Below are positions 8,234-16,315 of a stretch of DNA of 64,000 bases, piece by piece (position 1 is the stretch's first letter; the number at the start of each line of letters is the position of its first letter). Made by a program: the position numbers and the translations under genes. Location: NCBI GenBank assembly GCA_041661405.1, contig JBAZUL010000009.1:464-64463 (forward strand), read 5' to 3'. The notes under the pieces were generated by a model, which was given only the letters and a program-made list of their open reading frames with translations, searched no databases and was not told where the DNA came from. This stretch comes from Patescibacteria group bacterium (GTDB lineage Bacteria; Patescibacteriota; Patescibacteriia; Patescibacteriales; JBAZCA01).

Positions 8234-8488
8234 TCATGCATATCTGGCGAAATAATGTTTAAAATAATTTTTTACTTCCGGGCGGTAGTTGCTTCGGGTT
8301 TTATTGGCCTCACTCGTGAAAATCCCGGCGATTTTTTTTATCCCCAGAATTTTGATTATTTCCTTTACATCCTTCCAGTCGCCGTAATTTAAAACAGCTT
8401 CAACAAGAGACTCGTCCGAAACGTTCTCAGGATTCTTTATATACCAAAACAAATATTTCCTTTTTTTGATAAATTCCTTGCGGGTCAT
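8234..8488 (-). CDS. hypothetical small protein (84 aa)
   Basis: MTRKEFIKKRKYLFWYIKNPENVSDESLVEAVLNYGDWKDVKEII... The start was moved to 8488 because the upstream track codons translate promoter and repeat sequence. Confidence 0.55.
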   Translation of the reverse strand: MTRKEFIKKRKYLFWYIKNPENVSDESLVEAVLNYGDWKDVKEIIKILGIKKIAGIFTSEANKTRSNYRPEVKNYFKHYFARYA

Positions 8489-8524
8489 ATATATAATTAT
8501 ATCAAATTTACGGATTTTATCCAA
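8489..8524 (-). promoter_or_regulatory. sigma70-type promoter abutting the start codon (leaderless architecture)
   Basis: The minus strand reads TTGGAT-17 nt (aaaatccgtaaatttga)-TATAAT-7 nt-ATG. Confidence 0.65.
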
Positions 8525-8538
8525 TGGTTTTTGAACGT

Positions 8539-8648
8539 GTGGGCGAGGCATCCCGCAGCCGCAAGACATGCGGGCACAACAACCCCGCCCCGTAAGCGGG
8601 TCGGGATGATTTGCTCACACGCAAATCAAAAACCCCATTTTAAAGGGG
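8539..8648. repeat. 108-nt multi-hairpin intergenic repeat, copy B
   Basis: See copy A. The first hairpin differs in its internal sequence but still folds (CCCGCA...TGCGGG). Confidence 0.85.
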
Positions 8649-8669
8649 CTTGCGGTTTCTAAAATCCGG

Positions 8670-9452
8670 TTATTTTATCGCGCTCCATTGCGCTAAAGTC
8701 GCTGCTATTTTGGATGAATGTTTAGACGAATAATACCCGAGCTCTTCGTCGGCTTCCCGCTCAATCCGCTCGGCCGCGTTCAGGGCTTTTAAAACTTCGC
8801 TTTTTAGTTTGCCGCTGCCTTCACCCATCCGGTCTTCTAAGGCGGCTTTTAACGCCCATGAATCTTTTCTTAATTTATTATACATCTCTACGCATTTTAC
8901 GTCTTCGCCCCGAGCCTCAAATTCATCGGCCTTAGTTCTTATCGCGTTAACCTGGCTATTGATATTTTCCATTGCCTGGCTAATTCCCCGCGCGGTTTTT
9001 TCCGCGTCGCCGCTTTTCTCGCCCTGGCCGGGTTTTGCAAGAGCCGAAATCTCGTTAATCCGCGCGTCAATCACCTTTTCCCGCAAACTGAATTTTTCAT
9101 CCTCGTTCCTGGTCATGGATATATTAAAATTATCACCCTGAATTTTAACCGGGTATAAAAGGTCGCCCGGAAGACTCGCTTTTGAAGCAAAAATCGTTCC
9201 CGCGCCGGAAAAAATGAAAATCACGAGCATAGCGAAAGTATAGGCCGGAGCAAATCTTTGGACAACAAACAAATCCTTAATATCCTGCCAATAACTTCTT
9301 CTCTCCGCATTCCGCTTAGTAGCTGATCCCTCATAAGGATAGGCTTTCATGTAATCCATTAAAACCTGCCGCGCGTCCGTAAGGCAATCCTCGTTAATCG
9401 GACAGCTCCGAAGATTCTCTAGCATTAATTTTAATCTTTTCTCGCTGGTCAT
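8670..9452 (-). CDS. putative anti-sigma factor (single TM, DUF5667-like extracytoplasmic domain)
   Basis: The gene lies immediately downstream of, and overlaps, a sigma-70 family gene. It has one TM segment (FAMLVIFIFSGAGTIF) followed by a helical domain beginning LPGDLLYPVK. Confidence 0.5.
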   Translation of the reverse strand: MTSEKRLKLMLENLRSCPINEDCLTDARQVLMDYMKAYPYEGSATKRNAERRSYWQDIKDLFVVQRFAPAYTFAMLVIFIFSGAGTIFASKASLPGDLLYPVKIQGDNFNISMTRNEDEKFSLREKVIDARINEISALAKPGQGEKSGDAEKTARGISQAMENINSQVNAIRTKADEFEARGEDVKCVEMYNKLRKDSWALKAALEDRMGEGSGKLKSEVLKALNAAERIEREADEELGYYSSKHSSKIAATLAQWSAIK

Positions 9453-9987
9453 ATTGTTCTTTAACCTTGTTTTTTAAGGTTTTCATTCCTCTATGTATAA
9501 TGACGTAAATGTTAGTCATTGTTTTACCGGTAATATCCGCGATTTCCTTTATGCTAAGCTGGTCAAGATATTTGTAGATTATCATCTGACGCTGGTCATC
9601 GGCTAATTCTGAGAGATACTTTTTTATCATTTTAAGATCCATGTCCCGGTCAATTTTATCTTCCAGCCTATCGTTTCCCTCGTCAGGCAGGTTAAAAGCC
9701 TCCTCTAAATCAACGGAGGGCGGTTTTTTCGTCCGGTAATGATCTATAACCATATTGCCCGCCACCCGGTAAAGAAGGCTCTTAAAGCTGTCAACTTTCT
9801 TCCCTTTCCGGAGATACTGCCAGGTTCGGAGAAAAGTTTCCTGGAGCATTTCCTCGGCTAAAGCGTTGTCGTTTACGCGGTAATATATGTGGCGGAGTAT
9901 GTCTTTGGAAAATTGGTCATAAGCGGCGATGAATTCTTTTTCAGCGATATTATTTTGTTCCATAACCCAATTATGCCTTTCTTTCAT
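9394..9987 (-). CDS. RNA polymerase sigma factor, sigma-70 (ECF-like) family
   Basis: Region 2 is LQETFLRTWQYL...LYRVAGNMVIDHYR. The region 4 HTH is LSIKEIADITGKTMTNIYVIIHRGMKTLK. Confidence 0.85.
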   Translation of the reverse strand: MKERHNWVMEQNNIAEKEFIAAYDQFSKDILRHIYYRVNDNALAEEMLQETFLRTWQYLRKGKKVDSFKSLLYRVAGNMVIDHYRTKKPPSVDLEEAFNLPDEGNDRLEDKIDRDMDLKMIKKYLSELADDQRQMIIYKYLDQLSIKEIADITGKTMTNIYVIIHRGMKTLKNKVKEQYDQREKIKINARESSELSD

Positions 9988-10096
9988 TAATATTTTATGA
10001 AGACTAGGAGAGGGCGTTAGCCGGACTGTAAGACATTTTTTAGCGCTTCGTCAGGATATTCAGTTAATTAATAAGCATAAAACTTGCAAAAATCAT

Positions 10097-10618
10097 ATGA
10101 ACAACTTAAAAAAGAAAATCGTATACCTTAGTCTTCTCGGCCTGCTGGCGGCGACCGGAACAGCGGCTCTCGCGAGCGAAGGAAGAAGAGGCGGAGAATT
10201 AAGGAGATCGGATGACGACGGAGTCCGGCAAAGAGTCCTTAGAGTAAGAGATTTAGGAAGAAGAGCTTTTGAGGATAATGACATATTCAGGTTTAGAAAC
10301 GACGACCGCCGCAGTTTTGATGACACTAACCTTACCCGGCAGGAAAAGATCAATCTTGAAATGCGAGCCGGAGACGATAAAGGAGGCTTAAGAAACACGG
10401 TTGAAACATCAGGCAGGGATAGCGTAAGAGTCTCGGATGATAGATTTGACGATAATAGCGGCCGGAGCGAAAGAACAATCTTTGATGACAACTCAGGACG
10501 CGGGAACGGATTGGATGATTCAGGCAGGCGGGTTGAAAACAGAATCTTTGATGATTCCGGACGCCATGGAGACGACTTCGGACTGAGGGAATTTGATGAC
10601 AGAGGCGGAAGAAGATAA
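10097..10618 (+). CDS. secreted Arg/Asp-rich low-complexity repeat protein
   Basis: A signal peptide (MNNLKKKIVYLSLLGLLAATGTAALA) is followed by repeats of the type (I)FDD(N)SGR. A terminator follows the gene. Confidence 0.6.
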   Translation: MNNLKKKIVYLSLLGLLAATGTAALASEGRRGGELRRSDDDGVRQRVLRVRDLGRRAFEDNDIFRFRNDDRRSFDDTNLTRQEKINLEMRAGDDKGGLRNTVETSGRDSVRVSDDRFDDNSGRSERTIFDDNSGRGNGLDDSGRRVENRIFDDSGRHGDDFGLREFDDRGGRR

Positions 10619-10633
10619 CAGGCATTTTAAAAG

Positions 10634-10668
10634 AAAAAACCGTCCCTAATAAAATGGGCGGTTTTTTG
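10634..10668 (+). terminator. rho-independent terminator
   Basis: Stem CCGTCC/GGGCGG (one G.U pair) is followed by TTTTTTG. Confidence 0.65.
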
Positions 10669-10691
10669 TTGCTCTTAAACATTAGCGAGCC

Positions 10692-10720
10692 TTGCAATAG
10701 GGCGGTATTTTTGATAGAAT
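10692..10720 (+). promoter_or_regulatory. candidate gyrB promoter
   Basis: TTGCAA-17 nt-TAGAAT lies about 50 nt upstream of the gyrB ATG. Confidence 0.5.
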
Positions 10721-10769
10721 TAAGCAAGAATATTTACCCTGAATCGGGTTATTTTTATTTTATTTTTTT

Positions 10770-12809
10770 ATGGCTAAAGACAAAACAAAAATCAGCAATT
10801 ACGATGCCAGCTCCATAACCGTCCTGGAAGGGCTTGATCCGGTTCGGAAGCGGCCGGGCATGTATATCGGTTCAACCGGCGCGACCGGCCTCCACCATCT
10901 TATCTGGGAAGTCGTTGACAACGGAATTGACGAAGCCATGGCCGGGTTTGCCGATGAAATTATCGTTACCCTTACCGAAGACGGCATGGTCTCGGTTTAC
11001 GACAACGGCCGCGGCATTCCGGTCGGCATCCATAAAGTTACCGGCGTTTCGGCTCTGGAAACGGTTTTGACAAAACTCCACGCCGGCGGAAAATTCGGCG
11101 GCTCGGGCTATAAAGTTTCCGGCGGTTTGCATGGCGTCGGCGTAAGCGTTGTTAACGCTCTAAGCGACTATCTTAAAGCCGAAGTTTTTCAGGCCGGAAA
11201 AATCTGGACCCAGGAATATAAGCGCGGCATACCAATAAAAAAAGTAAAACCGACCGGGACGACAAAAAAAACCGGAACGCAAATTACTTTTAAGCCGGAT
11301 TCGCAAATTTTTACCGAAACAACCGAATTCAGCTGGGGAACTATTATTGACCATTTCCGCCAGCAGGCTTATTTAAACCGCGGGGTTTCCATAAAAATCC
11401 ATGATAAAAGAAAAAACCACCGCCCTAAAGAATATGTCTATTATTTTGAAGGCGGCATCAAAGCCTATATTAATTCTTTAAACCGGAGCAAGAACGTAAA
11501 AAATCCGACCATATTTTACGTGGAAAAGGATATAAACAGTTCGGTCGTTGAAATCGCCCTGCAGTATAATGATGAGTACAACGAAACCGTGCTTGCTTTT
11601 GCCAACAATATTTACAATCCTGAAGGCGGGACGCATCTTGCCGGTTTCCGCGCCGCCCTGACCCGGACTTTAAATAATTACGCGCGGGCTCAAAACCTCT
11701 TAAAAGAAAAAGAAGAAAATCTTACCGGCGAGGATGTCCGCGAAGGCCTTACCGCTATCGTAAGCGTTAAATTGACTGAGCCGCAGTTTGAGGGTCAGAC
11801 TAAAGGAAAGCTCGGCAACGCTGAAATGAAAGGCCATACTGAGCAGGTTTTTTCCGAAAGTTTCGGCGCATTTTTAGAAGAACATCCGCGCGAAGCCGAA
11901 GCCATAATCGCCAAATGCATCTTGTCGGCGCAGGCTCGTATTGCCGCCCGCACCGCCCGGGCTACTATCCTCCGGAAAGGCGCTCTTGAAGGAATTACTT
12001 TGCCCGGAAAACTGGCAGACTGCTCCAGCCGCAAAGCCGAAGAATCCGAACTCTTTATTGTTGAGGGAGATTCGGCCGGCGGAAGCGCGAAACAGGGTCG
12101 CAACCGGCGTTTTCAGGCCATCCTTCCCCTGCGCGGAAAAATCTTAAACGTTGAACGCGCCCGGCTGGATAAGATGCTCGCTAATAATGAAATTAAAAAT
12201 TTGGTTATTGCCATGGGAACGAATATTCAGGATCAGTTTGACATAACTAAGCTCCGCTACGGCCGGATAATTATCATGACCGATGCCGATGTTGACGGCG
12301 CCCATATCCGTACTCTTCTCCTTACCCTTTTCTTCCGGCATTTTCCCGATATAATAACCCAAGGCCATCTCTTTATCGCCCAACCGCCGCTTTACCAGGT
12401 TAAAAAAGGAACTACCGGCAAATACGCTTACTCGGATAATGAAAAAGACGAACTCATAAAAGAATTCGGCGGAACCGCTAAGGACATGGAGATTACCGAA
12501 GAGGCCGGCGAAGAGTCGCCGGAAGAAACTGAAGCCGGAGAAGAAGCTGAGGCTGGCGAAGAAAATAAGGCGATTAAACAGAAAGTCGCCAAAATCAATA
12601 TCCAGCGCTATAAAGGTCTTGGAGAAATGAACCCTGGACAGCTTTGGGAAACGACCATGGATCCGGAAAAAAGGATCATGTTGCAGGTTACTATTGAAGA
12701 CGCGGTTCGGGCGGATGAAACTTTTGACATGCTCATGGGCGGCGATGTCGCTCCGAGAAAACATTTTATCCAGACCCACGCGAAAAAAGTGCAGAATCTG
12801 GATATATAA
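10770..12809 (+). CDS. gyrB: DNA gyrase subunit B
   Basis: The 679-aa product has GHKL ATPase motifs (LEGLDPVRKRPGMYIG, HHLIWEVVDNGIDEA), a Toprim domain (ELFIVEGDSAGGSAKQGR, IMTDADVDGAHI) and a C-terminal QRYKGLGEM. An acidic insert E/A/G-rich lies near residue 580. Confidence 0.97.
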   Translation: MAKDKTKISNYDASSITVLEGLDPVRKRPGMYIGSTGATGLHHLIWEVVDNGIDEAMAGFADEIIVTLTEDGMVSVYDNGRGIPVGIHKVTGVSALETVLTKLHAGGKFGGSGYKVSGGLHGVGVSVVNALSDYLKAEVFQAGKIWTQEYKRGIPIKKVKPTGTTKKTGTQITFKPDSQIFTETTEFSWGTIIDHFRQQAYLNRGVSIKIHDKRKNHRPKEYVYYFEGGIKAYINSLNRSKNVKNPTIFYVEKDINSSVVEIALQYNDEYNETVLAFANNIYNPEGGTHLAGFRAALTRTLNNYARAQNLLKEKEENLTGEDVREGLTAIVSVKLTEPQFEGQTKGKLGNAEMKGHTEQVFSESFGAFLEEHPREAEAIIAKCILSAQARIAARTARATILRKGALEGITLPGKLADCSSRKAEESELFIVEGDSAGGSAKQGRNRRFQAILPLRGKILNVERARLDKMLANNEIKNLVIAMGTNIQDQFDITKLRYGRIIIMTDADVDGAHIRTLLLTLFFRHFPDIITQGHLFIAQPPLYQVKKGTTGKYAYSDNEKDELIKEFGGTAKDMEITEEAGEESPEETEAGEEAEAGEENKAIKQKVAKINIQRYKGLGEMNPGQLWETTMDPEKRIMLQVTIEDAVRADETFDMLMGGDVAPRKHFIQTHAKKVQNLDI

Positions 12810-12860
12810 ATTAGAGAACAGAGAATATACAACAGACAACAGATTTTTTTAAAAGAGAAA

Positions 12861-12884
12861 GAGCATGGCCGCGTGGCCATGCTC
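12861..12884. terminator. bidirectional hairpin terminator between gyrB and the convergent operon
   Basis: A perfect 10-bp stem GAGCATGGCC/GGCCATGCTC with loop gcgt has T-rich flanks on both strands. Confidence 0.65.
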
Positions 12885-12889
12885 TTTAA

Positions 12890-12988
12890 TTATATTCCCG
12901 CCCTGACCAATATCAGCCAGCCGACAATCGCGAGAAAAATCCCCATTAATACCATGACTAATTTTTTTAATTCGCGGATTAAGCTCAT
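12890..12988 (-). CDS. 32-aa single-TM micro-protein, translationally coupled to the upstream dehydrogenase
   Basis: The ATG overlaps the TGA of the 12985-14286 gene (ATGA). The product is MSLIRELKKLVMVLMGIFLAIVGWLILVRAGI, the stop is at 12890-12892, and a terminator follows directly. It is not in the ORF track because it is under 60 aa. Confidence 0.45.
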   Translation of the reverse strand: MSLIRELKKLVMVLMGIFLAIVGWLILVRAGI

Positions 12989-14286
12989 ATTTTTTCCACC
13001 CTATAAATAACTCCCCGGTTATCGTCAGTTATAAAAATCGCCTTGTCCGGGCCGATTTTAATATCAACCGGCCGACCCAGGACTTCTTCTTTGACGGTGA
13101 GCCAGCCAGTAATAAAATCTTCAATTTGCCCCTCGCCCTTTTCATTTATTTTTATCATGACGACTTTATATCCGGTTTTTCTACTCCGGTTCCAGGAGCC
13201 ATGAAAAGCGACGAGTAGGTTGCCGGCAAGATCATTACCAAAACCTTCTTCAGGAATAAAAGCCAGGCCGAGCGGAGCTGAATGAGCCGGCAGGTCAATA
13301 AGCGACGGCGTCTCAAAAGGCTCGGCGCAGGGATTTCTAATGTAGGTATTTTTATCAAAAACCGTGTCATGGATATTTTTGCCGTAGCAAATCGGCCAGC
13401 CGTAGTTGCCTTTGTCTTTAATTATGTTTATCTCGTCCGGCGGCAGGTTGTCGCCCAGTAAATCCCGCCCCATTTCCGTAGCGTAAATTTCCCCGGTTTT
13501 TGGATGAAGCGCCATAAAGACTGAGTTGCGAAGTCCGCGGGCGTATTCGCGGAAGTCGCTCCCGTCCTTATTCATGGAAAAAATTTTCGCCCGCCGGTTG
13601 TCGGCCTCATTGCAGACATTGCAGGATGATCCGATGGAAACGTATAACCGCCCGTCCCGGCCGAAAATTAGCGTCCTGGTTGAATGCCCGGCGCCAAACG
13701 GTAAATCCGCGATTTTTTCCGGATTAACTTTTTCGCCGGCCAAAAGTTTTCCGGCGTCAACGCGGGAAATTCTATTTTCTTCGGCAAAATATAAAATTTC
13801 TGGCTTTTCCGGATCAAAAGCCAGGCCATGAGGACCGTCTAAACCGGAAAAAATATCTTTTTGAGAAACTTTTTTTCCGTCCTTGATTTCAATAAAAGTG
13901 ATTCTTCCTTCTCCTGTTCGGGAAAGATAAATATTTCCCGCCCGGTCAAATTCAATCACTCTCGCGCCCGGCAGATTGTCGGCAAAGATTGAAATAGAAA
14001 AACCGGCCAAAAGACTGAGCGGCAGGCCGGTTAAATTGGATGCCGGACTGGGCGCTGGTTTTTTAGTGTTATCGGAATTCTTTGCGTTTTCATTCGCGTC
14101 AGACTGGGCGATGCTCGCGGAATCTCCCGCGGGCGCGTTGTCCGGAACATACCCGGTAATATCGCTAAGGCGAAAATTTCCTTTTGTGAACGCGAGCCAC
14201 GCTCCGGCGAAGATAACCAGAAGACCCAAAAAAATCGCGCCTACGAGCTTTATGTTTATATTTTTTTCAATTATCTTTAGCATCAT
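12985..14286 (-). CDS. PQQ-dependent sugar (sorbosone/aldose) dehydrogenase family protein, membrane-anchored
   Basis: The product has a beta-propeller family signature: GLRNSVFMALHPKTGEIYATEMGRD...DEINIIKDKGNYGWPICYG. Confidence 0.75.
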   Translation of the reverse strand: MMLKIIEKNINIKLVGAIFLGLLVIFAGAWLAFTKGNFRLSDITGYVPDNAPAGDSASIAQSDANENAKNSDNTKKPAPSPASNLTGLPLSLLAGFSISIFADNLPGARVIEFDRAGNIYLSRTGEGRITFIEIKDGKKVSQKDIFSGLDGPHGLAFDPEKPEILYFAEENRISRVDAGKLLAGEKVNPEKIADLPFGAGHSTRTLIFGRDGRLYVSIGSSCNVCNEADNRRAKIFSMNKDGSDFREYARGLRNSVFMALHPKTGEIYATEMGRDLLGDNLPPDEINIIKDKGNYGWPICYGKNIHDTVFDKNTYIRNPCAEPFETPSLIDLPAHSAPLGLAFIPEEGFGNDLAGNLLVAFHGSWNRSRKTGYKVVMIKINEKGEGQIEDFITGWLTVKEEVLGRPVDIKIGPDKAIFITDDNRGVIYRVEKI

Positions 14287-14308
14287 ATATTTAATTATGT
14301 TACCAGTC

Positions 14309-15592
14309 TTAAAGCCTGCCTAAGAGTCTCAATGCTTCTTCAATCTTTTTTAGAGACTTGATGTAAGCCGCCTGTCGGGGGCTTACTCTGTATTCCCGGC
14401 TCACTCTTAAGACATCCTCGTAAGCGTTTTGCATGGCTTCTTTTAACCGGCCGAGCACTTCTTCCTCTTTCCACATTATTCCCGAATGATTCTGCGCCCA
14501 TTCGTAATAACTGCCGATTACTCCGCCCGAATTAGCGATCACGTCCGGGATAACCGCCACTCCCCTTTCCATGAGAATTTTATCAGCCTCTTTCGTCGTC
14601 GGGCCGTTGGCCATTTCAAGAATAACCTTGGCTTTTATTTCCCCGGCGTTTTTTTCCGTAATCTGATTCTCTAGCGCCGCGGGAATAAGAATATCAACCG
14701 GAAGTTTTAAAAGTTCGTCGTTCGTCATGAGCTTGCATTCCACTTCCAGTTTTCTGAGCTCAGCCGGATAGCATGATTTTGAAACCAGCCGACCCATTTT
14801 TTTCTGGGTTTCAATTATTTCGTTTATGTTTAATCCGCCAGGGTCGTAAAGCGCGTTGTTGACGTCAGACACGGCGACAATTTTATAGCCAGCGGCGAAA
14901 AGCAGTTTTGCCATGTTGCCGCCGACATTGCCGAAACCTTGAATAGCGACAGTAATTTCTTTTTTCGGCTTGGCTTTAAATTCCTCTGATCGGTTTAAAA
15001 ATGCTTCCAGGACAACCATGCCGCCGTAAGAGGTTGAAATCTCCCGGCCTTGGCTACCGCCGATGATTATCGGTTTCCCGGTGAAAGCCGCGAGCGACGA
15101 ATAGCCCCGGATTTTACTGAATTCGTCATACATCCAGGCCATGATCTGCGCGTTTGTATTGACATCCGGAGCGGGCACGTCCTTCTCCGGGCCGATATAA
15201 AAATAGACTTCATTGACAAAAGCCCGCGAAAGCCGTTCCAGCTCGGAAAAAGAGAGTTTTTGCGGATCAACTTTTATTCCGCCTTTGGCGCCGCCGTAGG
15301 GGATATCCATGGCCGCGTTTTTTAAGGTCATGAGCATGGCGAGCGCTTTTACCTCGTCAAGGTCAACGTCCCTGTGGAAGCGGATGCCGCCTTTGAACGG
15401 CCCTAAAGCGTCCGAATGCTGAACCCGGTAGCCTAAAAATACTTCCACTTCGCCCGAATCTTTTTTCAGCGGCACGCTGAATTCAATCACCCGCCTCGGG
15501 GTTAAAAAAATTTTCATGAGCGCGGGCGACGCCTTAATAATTCCAGCGGCTTCATGCAGTTCTTCTTCCACGGTTTGTAAAAATTGGTTCAT
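14309..15592 (-). CDS. gdhA: Glu/Leu/Phe/Val dehydrogenase family (glutamate dehydrogenase)
   Basis: KGGIRFH and PYGGAKGGI match the catalytic Lys region, and GFGNVG matches the Rossmann motif. Confidence 0.9.
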   Translation of the reverse strand: MNQFLQTVEEELHEAAGIIKASPALMKIFLTPRRVIEFSVPLKKDSGEVEVFLGYRVQHSDALGPFKGGIRFHRDVDLDEVKALAMLMTLKNAAMDIPYGGAKGGIKVDPQKLSFSELERLSRAFVNEVYFYIGPEKDVPAPDVNTNAQIMAWMYDEFSKIRGYSSLAAFTGKPIIIGGSQGREISTSYGGMVVLEAFLNRSEEFKAKPKKEITVAIQGFGNVGGNMAKLLFAAGYKIVAVSDVNNALYDPGGLNINEIIETQKKMGRLVSKSCYPAELRKLEVECKLMTNDELLKLPVDILIPAALENQITEKNAGEIKAKVILEMANGPTTKEADKILMERGVAVIPDVIANSGGVIGSYYEWAQNHSGIMWKEEEVLGRLKEAMQNAYEDVLRVSREYRVSPRQAAYIKSLKKIEEALRLLGRL

Positions 15593-15618
15593 ATGTTTTT
15601 CGCGTAACGCGTAACGTT

Positions 15619-16242
15619 CTAAAAACCAAGTTTTTCCTTAACCAAAATCACGGTAATCCGTCCGGGGTTTACTTCCTTATTCAGGATTAAAATCTTATTT
15701 ATTCCGCTGCCCATGCCGTAAGCCTTAAGCGCCCGTTCGTTTTCTAAGGGAAATACATACTCGCGAATCCTCTCCATACCTTCTTCAAAATCTTTTACAA
15801 TCTTCTGCGTTCCGGCGATAAAAACAATTTTATCCGCGCCGTAAGCGTAAGCCGGAAGCTGGGAGCCGGTGGCTGATGCGATTATTATTTCGCCGTTTTT
15901 AGTTATGGCGTGAACTGAACCAACGGCGTATTCATGAGCCGCGCCAAACCTGAGTTTTTTAATTTTTTCTTCCTCACCAAGACTCTCTAGTTCTTTCCTT
16001 ACTGCCCGGTATTTTCCGGATTCCAAAATTTCATTGTCCAGCCCGAGTTCCATGAGCGTCGTAGAAGTCATGTTCATGACTTCGCTTCCTTCGGGAATTA
16101 ATTTTCTAAATTCAACAATCGCCACGTCCCGGTTATCAGCGATAATCGCTTTAATGCCGTTTTTTTCCAGGCCGACTGCCGCCGCTTTGATTGCTTCATC
16201 ATCGGCCAATCGGCCGAATTTTTCGTTTATTTTCAGTTCCAT
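15619..16242 (-). CDS. LUD (lactate utilisation, DUF162) domain protein
   Basis: The 207-aa product shows an LUD-type pattern: AVGSVHAITKNGEIIIASATGSQLPAYAYGADKIVFIAGTQKIV. Confidence 0.6.
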   Translation of the reverse strand: MELKINEKFGRLADDEAIKAAAVGLEKNGIKAIIADNRDVAIVEFRKLIPEGSEVMNMTSTTLMELGLDNEILESGKYRAVRKELESLGEEEKIKKLRFGAAHEYAVGSVHAITKNGEIIIASATGSQLPAYAYGADKIVFIAGTQKIVKDFEEGMERIREYVFPLENERALKAYGMGSGINKILILNKEVNPGRITVILVKEKLGF

Positions 16243-16315
16243 AGTTTTAATGGCTTATTAAAAAAGCCGTGATTATTTATCACAGCCATTATCGCTCTGG
16301 AAGATGAAGATTGTA

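Noticed and set aside
8489-8569. N-terminal extensions of track ORFs 8234-8569 and 5152-6174 (also 1858-2055, 49365-49715 and 49805-50227)
   Set aside because: The extra codons translate promoter hexamers, the repeat element or heptamer arrays (for example [33 protein letters not shown]). Internal ATGs with proper promoter context give family-typical N-termini.
8057-8648. Integron attC / gene-cassette interpretation of the repeats flanking the small gene
   Set aside because: attC sites form one long imperfect hairpin bounded by RYYYAAC and GTTRRRY cores. This element instead forms four separate hairpins, lacks those cores, and the enclosed gene has its own promoter. No integron integrase is present.
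12144-12839. 231-aa minus-strand ORF, plus other ORFs antisense to gyrB (10799-12103)
   Set aside because: They lie antisense to a complete, motif-rich gyrB, and their low-complexity translations match no family.
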